Below, piece by piece: positions 61,101 through 64,000 of a stretch of DNA of 64,000 nucleotides. Each line of letters opens with the position of its first letter. Position 1 is the stretch's first letter. Source of the DNA: an uncultured cyanobacterium (GTDB taxonomy: Bacteria; Cyanobacteriota; Cyanobacteriia; Pseudanabaenales; Pseudanabaenaceae); assembly GCA_963703315.1 (NCBI GenBank), contig OY969811.1:2944001-3008000 (forward strand), written 5' to 3'. The notes under the pieces were generated by a model. It was not told where the DNA came from and did not search any database. It saw nothing but the letters and a program-made list of their open reading frames with translations. The position numbers and the translations under genes were made by a program.

Positions 61101-63933
61101 ATTTGCGAGCTTGACAAGGTCATCAAGATTACCCTTCTCCATGATTTCATCCCCTGCGGCAGCCTATCCTTTCCCCCATGCCACTGGAGATAATTATGTC
61201 CGTCCATTCATACCACCATCAGACACGATCAACTCTGGAACTGCTGGTGGGCGCTATGTATGGGGTGATGATGTCAATGGCAATGGAACTATTGATCCTA
61301 ATGATCCTAAGGAAAATATTTTCCCCAATATCCCACCCCGTCCAGCCGCAGGTGGCGAAATCCCAATGTTGCCTGGTAAATTTAGTGAAGGGCTGACATC
61401 TGGTAGCAACCATATGTCCCCAACTCGCCCAGGCAACGCAAATCGTACACTATGGTACAAAACTGTAACAAATGATGGCAACTACATTGGTGAAAGTGGT
61501 GGTATTGCCTACCAAAATAATCGCAACCTGTTTGTGAATAATCTGAGTTTCCCTATACTTGGTGCAGGTTCTAATGGATATAAAGCAAACCTCAATTCTA
61601 CTGGCAGATTAATCTTGCCACCAACGCCTTGTATTAATGTTACTGATGGCACGGTGGATGCATTGTGTACTAGCAAGACCTACAACTTTGGAGCCAATGC
61701 ACCTACTGATAGCTCCACAGATTTACTCAACCTCAACCTGCCTTATAACCCCCATTACCCCTCTAACAACACTAGCAAGGTCAATACCACATTAACAACC
61801 AATACTGATGAACCAGCTACCAGCTTTACGGTCTGTGGTGGTACGGGTAAAACTCACAGATATCAGGCGATCGAGCGTCCTTCCCTAACTAGGAGTGATA
61901 TTAGTGGACTCAATTATCCTGTTACTAATCCTGTAACGTATGTCAGTTGCAATCAAACAACAGGCTTTGCTGGTGAAGCAATCAGAAACTTTGTGGGACG
62001 AATCACAACCACAACCACAGCAGGTTCTGGTAATAACTTTGACACCCTAAATCTTACAGGTGGTACTGGTCTATTGAGTTTCAACCTCTTACCAGGAAAT
62101 GCTGCCTTTAAGGGATTGAATCCTGATGCTAGTGGGACTACGGCTGGCAGCCTTATTGATGTGGCTTTGAGGGCAGTCAATACTGATGCTGACAACAGAG
62201 TTCATGTATATAACCTTGCTAATTTAGGAATACTCGATGGTGGTACTCGTGACTTGACTGGCACAATTACCTTCAGAGCTAACTGCGCTAATCCAGTGAC
62301 AGGTGCTACGACTACTTGCACACCAACTAGTGTACGGCGTGGTCCTAGTCCTGTGTTTATCATGCGAGGTGATTATCAGGAAAGTATTAGATTTAAGGGT
62401 CTAAAAGTTCAGTTAGATGGAGTTGATCCCAATAATATTTTCTGGGTATCTTCTCGTACACAGAAGAGAATAAACGCTAAAACTAGTAGCGGAAATTTCG
62501 TCCTTGCGCCAGGGGATGGAAAAAATCCCTTAATCGCAGTGGGTAAAAAGATTGTATTTTCTGACCAAGATCCTGCTAATACAGTGCCTGTTGGATTAAG
62601 TGCCAATACTACCTACTACATTCTTACCAACAATGGTGGAACTGGTAACTCTTCTAAAATTACCCTTTCACTAACACCGCCGCCAGTGGGAGTGGATTGT
62701 TCAGTAAATACTCCGCCTATAAGTTGTCCTCCTGCGATCGGTACTGTTGGAGGGAATGCAAATTTCTCGGTTGGTGCTGAGCCTAGCTTTATCTTTGAAG
62801 GTTCTAAGTTATATCCAAATATTCTGACTGGCAACTTCTTAGGTAACACCAATCCTAATACTCCTCCTCTTACGGAAGACAACACTTCTGTATTCATGGT
62901 CAGAAAAGATGCAGCCGAGGACAAAGACTACAACTCTTTTAGAGGGGTACGCTTCCTTGGTCTATGGGGTGATTATCAGAAGGTTAATAATGAAACTCTC
63001 TTTGTGGCGATGACCACAGTTGATCAACCCGCATTACTGCCCGTCGTCCAACTCCATGTGCCGAATAGCATTGGTGGTACAACGGCAACCATTGATCAGC
63101 CGACAGATGTGGTCAACCAAGGCGGTATCAACGGCACACCTCAAGGCACTGGTGCTAGTAGTAGCCGCTCAGGGCAATGGACAATTCGCCCCACCCAAAC
63201 TGAGGTGAATGTTTACTTTGTCGCAGGTAGTACTCCCTCCCGCAATGGTGTGCCATATACAGCCTCCAGCACCCAATATGGTAAAACCGCAGGAGACAAT
63301 GCTACTGGCACAGCAGTAACTGATGGTGTCGGTGAGACTGGTGGCGGCTTAGCCAACTTTGTCCGCTTCCTTGAAAACTGGGAAGATGTATCGATTAAGA
63401 TCGCAGGTGGTTTTATCCAAAACACCAAGAGTCGGTTTGCTACGGCTCCCTTTGTACCAACTGCTCCCTTAGTCACCAATGGCGCAGGAGTTGTAGTTAG
63501 TGACACCACAACTGTGTTCCTCAACCCTGCTCATCCAGGTACTGGCATTACGACAGGTAGTTATTCTGGAGGCTATAATCTGCAATATTTATCGACGACG
63601 GTTAGTCGCATTCCTTACTACTCTGCACCAATTCGTCTCTGGGGCTATGATGTGGGGCTGTTGACACAGCAAACCGATCGCTTTGCTGAGCGTTTTGCCA
63701 CACCGATTAAGGGTGCTAATGAGTTCTTTAGAGAGGTAAGTGCTGATGACCCTTGGGTTGAGGCTTTACTCTGTGCCTTAGAACCAGCGACTCCGACTAA
63801 TATTGCAGTTACACCCAATCTTTACACCAAACGAGTACTACGTGGTAGCGATCGCCGTCAAGCCTGCGATACTAATCCTGCCTATGGTGCAACTGCTGCA
63901 AGTGATAGCCCCGCAATTACCTATGTTCCTTAG
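55138..63933 (+). CDS. hpsA: Hormogonium polysaccharide biosynthesis protein HpsA-like giant prepilin-type protein (2931 aa)
   Basis: Basic leader then G|FVLPTV prepilin-like site; IDRARAKI, TAWKFPIDTDNNGKFD, DLQMRATAVYHY, GGLANFVRFLENW, PYYSAPIRLWGYDVGLL. Confidence 0.85.
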   Translation: MSDSKQSRKINRFFAEFIAKLRKWLNKIGSPVRISWRFVRQLLGASKGRGKGAAGFVLPTVTLVTLLVTLLVVTTVARSSDRANTASNARQEQVFRSAATPIIDRARAKIDKLINDPKLPRTTPPETTLDSVITSDGGTYTLPDETRLQLVYNFDGTAGIKYGGSQLENKEYVSTAWKFPIDTDNNGKFDSYGLYSILFRTRPPSKVNTRPIVPIESRSLPMEEGVLSSACVSAGDVSNIASDGGWTTSKDKKLRKSFFVYAVTVPITSEESYKVNGALLPGYELYNGRTSISAVELQQDRARTPQNNNAVFFEGDTELVNVATFRLNGRVYSAGNLMVGAAANNPITFYQVSSSGGVPATAPTLPGQVPLQATTNPDWFGSCYYERQNSLIAVAGNVVEGDAVSSNPATLSSQSTGIGAQAAASPPSGVVSVHLFLGNGKPPDTATDTGLAAGTRIGIKQITDTGNPDTSTVSANSSANPPRNLSSKLALNDFAYNRRIGALVDLAIARPQTTDPVSVKEDFTTRVADEALSSTTEQETARRAAFTVYFGERIRKVSFADVSSTTTENLSSLALVEIPVTGQTPELAPGPGVTRINWMLPSFANANFGNTNFSLATGVDFDGKGGILDANGVTLLKPSALNGLGLAAGTPEDVTENNEKMLGDRVLVGNGLPARWLKKSDITGALQFVGENEPNYISTLDNSIFWNSTNENSLTNVDRYRYTRAVSLSNLGVSDRGGFWELSAALNPAIPDVNAPTTIIPESSPKTGGLRVVTNAGIYSRRPADTFLPRFRTGVPDNSSTTWNESSMPIWNGQAIDNPITTINETNFAKSGNPATNLDPTVDGEQETQNYVVWQDSMPMTSANAADNRKGDLQMRATAVYHYKSDAYNAVSTPEDYQRPLACVSSYYDPTDATTAKNASGTPWNGGVGGRSNNGLVYRVGLTAADLSFTSISYNTTTGLFSGFADAARRPADPTNSASSYADRLAYQANLIFPNGRFVNEPLREVLKKKITTPSANLTLPQQSTLDSNLCALQILNGSVALANTSTSAATISPATGLTSAEIPHGTFRESAFLNGREVKSLNRNESLTEAAVGNSPRGTTAADNGLPIIQPNRGDIYDLEIEQRQPLEIRATDIDMDRMRGSKIVGGNNTGVATDYLLPYSGIVYATREDALEDLSYYKVAIDATTCPPVTAGNPCPTSDADRKNLSSTDFKLDPTRKPSSIRLINGYRLWRSALVNTAASLGNTDGTQAVSNATYATFPWTEATKGEKGLILVSNLPVYVKAQRDPVTPANRPGFNRHTREEFTLALNENTASPDTIWDNFYQRHANNGPGDSLNPNFACRPNPLTTCVDGDEWRPATVLADAVTVLSANYRDGYRIDGDYDLSNNANTSTSINWQSQLNPSLFPNDPRKNSSYVLDRRRSGFFNNNFATSALWLNRRNSDLVAVPDSDYWPANPAAATPDNGNLASYNANGVTPIQRRINFSEYGMEICRKVPVSECTFSDWVKAGAGTTTLPAFNTTTGVVSTAPGAPRYISNADSRFARRLSFLRFDDIYKDGNMQMVFAHNSCSGNNGVWPIGIGVTSGSDATNGFTYPHIMGNLTAPFDLSATANQNSYGTVPCPERGIRVSLTNDASAPEGRRRDQNSNLQTLEAQLGNDNLPVPVFTNANSVTTSPDNTTSTAAPLPTNRAGRSTNNAVYRRFDFSAEITAAERANLPVGQSIRVKVTVSSNNTGTTVPGEIPPVTGLPTSALPTKFAQMSEGTDGTNTHNTKADYINRLYNPSTTALAMTVPSPVTIQSSLVNGSVTTSTSTLASIPVTANGGQYPRLAVAAANSPETVAPEVAACPANQYCTVLTWTGPTNTATDPNIKTVSVLVVRDSAHESNSDETFTVRLDNIRGPQATYGTRTRTGTIQRDNQNAPNPLCESGLTNTYTNNDDLITTATAAVTCPTPTPTPTPTPTPTPTPTPTPTPTPTPGGGGVGSITQPTFASLTRSSRLPFSMISSPAAAYPFPHATGDNYVRPFIPPSDTINSGTAGGRYVWGDDVNGNGTIDPNDPKENIFPNIPPRPAAGGEIPMLPGKFSEGLTSGSNHMSPTRPGNANRTLWYKTVTNDGNYIGESGGIAYQNNRNLFVNNLSFPILGAGSNGYKANLNSTGRLILPPTPCINVTDGTVDALCTSKTYNFGANAPTDSSTDLLNLNLPYNPHYPSNNTSKVNTTLTTNTDEPATSFTVCGGTGKTHRYQAIERPSLTRSDISGLNYPVTNPVTYVSCNQTTGFAGEAIRNFVGRITTTTTAGSGNNFDTLNLTGGTGLLSFNLLPGNAAFKGLNPDASGTTAGSLIDVALRAVNTDADNRVHVYNLANLGILDGGTRDLTGTITFRANCANPVTGATTTCTPTSVRRGPSPVFIMRGDYQESIRFKGLKVQLDGVDPNNIFWVSSRTQKRINAKTSSGNFVLAPGDGKNPLIAVGKKIVFSDQDPANTVPVGLSANTTYYILTNNGGTGNSSKITLSLTPPPVGVDCSVNTPPISCPPAIGTVGGNANFSVGAEPSFIFEGSKLYPNILTGNFLGNTNPNTPPLTEDNTSVFMVRKDAAEDKDYNSFRGVRFLGLWGDYQKVNNETLFVAMTTVDQPALLPVVQLHVPNSIGGTTATIDQPTDVVNQGGINGTPQGTGASSSRSGQWTIRPTQTEVNVYFVAGSTPSRNGVPYTASSTQYGKTAGDNATGTAVTDGVGETGGGLANFVRFLENWEDVSIKIAGGFIQNTKSRFATAPFVPTAPLVTNGAGVVVSDTTTVFLNPAHPGTGITTGSYSGGYNLQYLSTTVSRIPYYSAPIRLWGYDVGLLTQQTDRFAERFATPIKGANEFFREVSADDPWVEALLCALEPATPTNIAVTPNLYTKRVLRGSDRRQACDTNPAYGATAASDSPAITYVP
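60985..61065 (+). repeat. 12-bp tandem repeat (CCCACCCCAACT)x6 plus partial, encoding a Pro-Thr linker
   Basis: Directly readable; encodes (PT)13P. Confidence 0.95.
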
Positions 63934-63949
63934 TCGATAGTGCTAAAAG

Positions 63950-63986
63950 GGAAGAGTATGCAGCGCTTCGCGCCGCATACTCTTCC
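63950..63986. repeat. GCGC-TTC-GCGC core palindrome after hpsA
   Basis: ggaagagtatgcagcgc ttc gcgccgcatactcttcc. Confidence 0.72.
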
Positions 63987-64000
63987 TAAATATAAATTAG

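Overview
Chromosomal window from a filamentous cyanobacterium. HIP1 GCGATCGC sites are dense and acsF, ftrV and hpsA are present; 'Pseudanabaena-like' is my inference. Most genes are housekeeping: trmD, moeA, atpD/atpC, a thrC-like gene, clpS, rps1, tlyA, acsF, pntAB, rsmA, rsfS, purE, rpiA, cbiT, rnj, dapA, asd, cdsA, ileS. Seven accessory items stand out. (1) A defence-like island at about 25.4-31.2 kb contains a candidate amyloid-signalling pair. One member is a small Bell/HeLo-like protein whose C-terminal motif matches the N-terminus of the nearby NB-ARC-TPR (NLR) protein; it is frameshifted by a 109-bp tandem duplication. (2) The same island has two toxin-antitoxin modules, each bracketed by a HIP1-containing 35-40 bp direct repeat. 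(3) Two tandem BLUF-adenylyl cyclases (PACs) retain a readable duplication junction and have an NtcA-like box upstream. (4) A SigF-type sigma factor carries an extra degenerate region 2 with Arg-rich (D/E)RR repeats. (5) A near-perfect IscR-type tandem operator lies upstream of the thrC-like gene. (6) A pervasive family of intergenic GCGC-nnn-GCGC palindromes and MITE-like elements has locus-specific arms that often overlap gene ends. (7) A GT-C glycosyltransferase cluster sits beside a 2931-aa HpsA. No rRNA, tRNA, CRISPR array or transposase was found. Family assignments come from reading motifs by eye; no database search was run.
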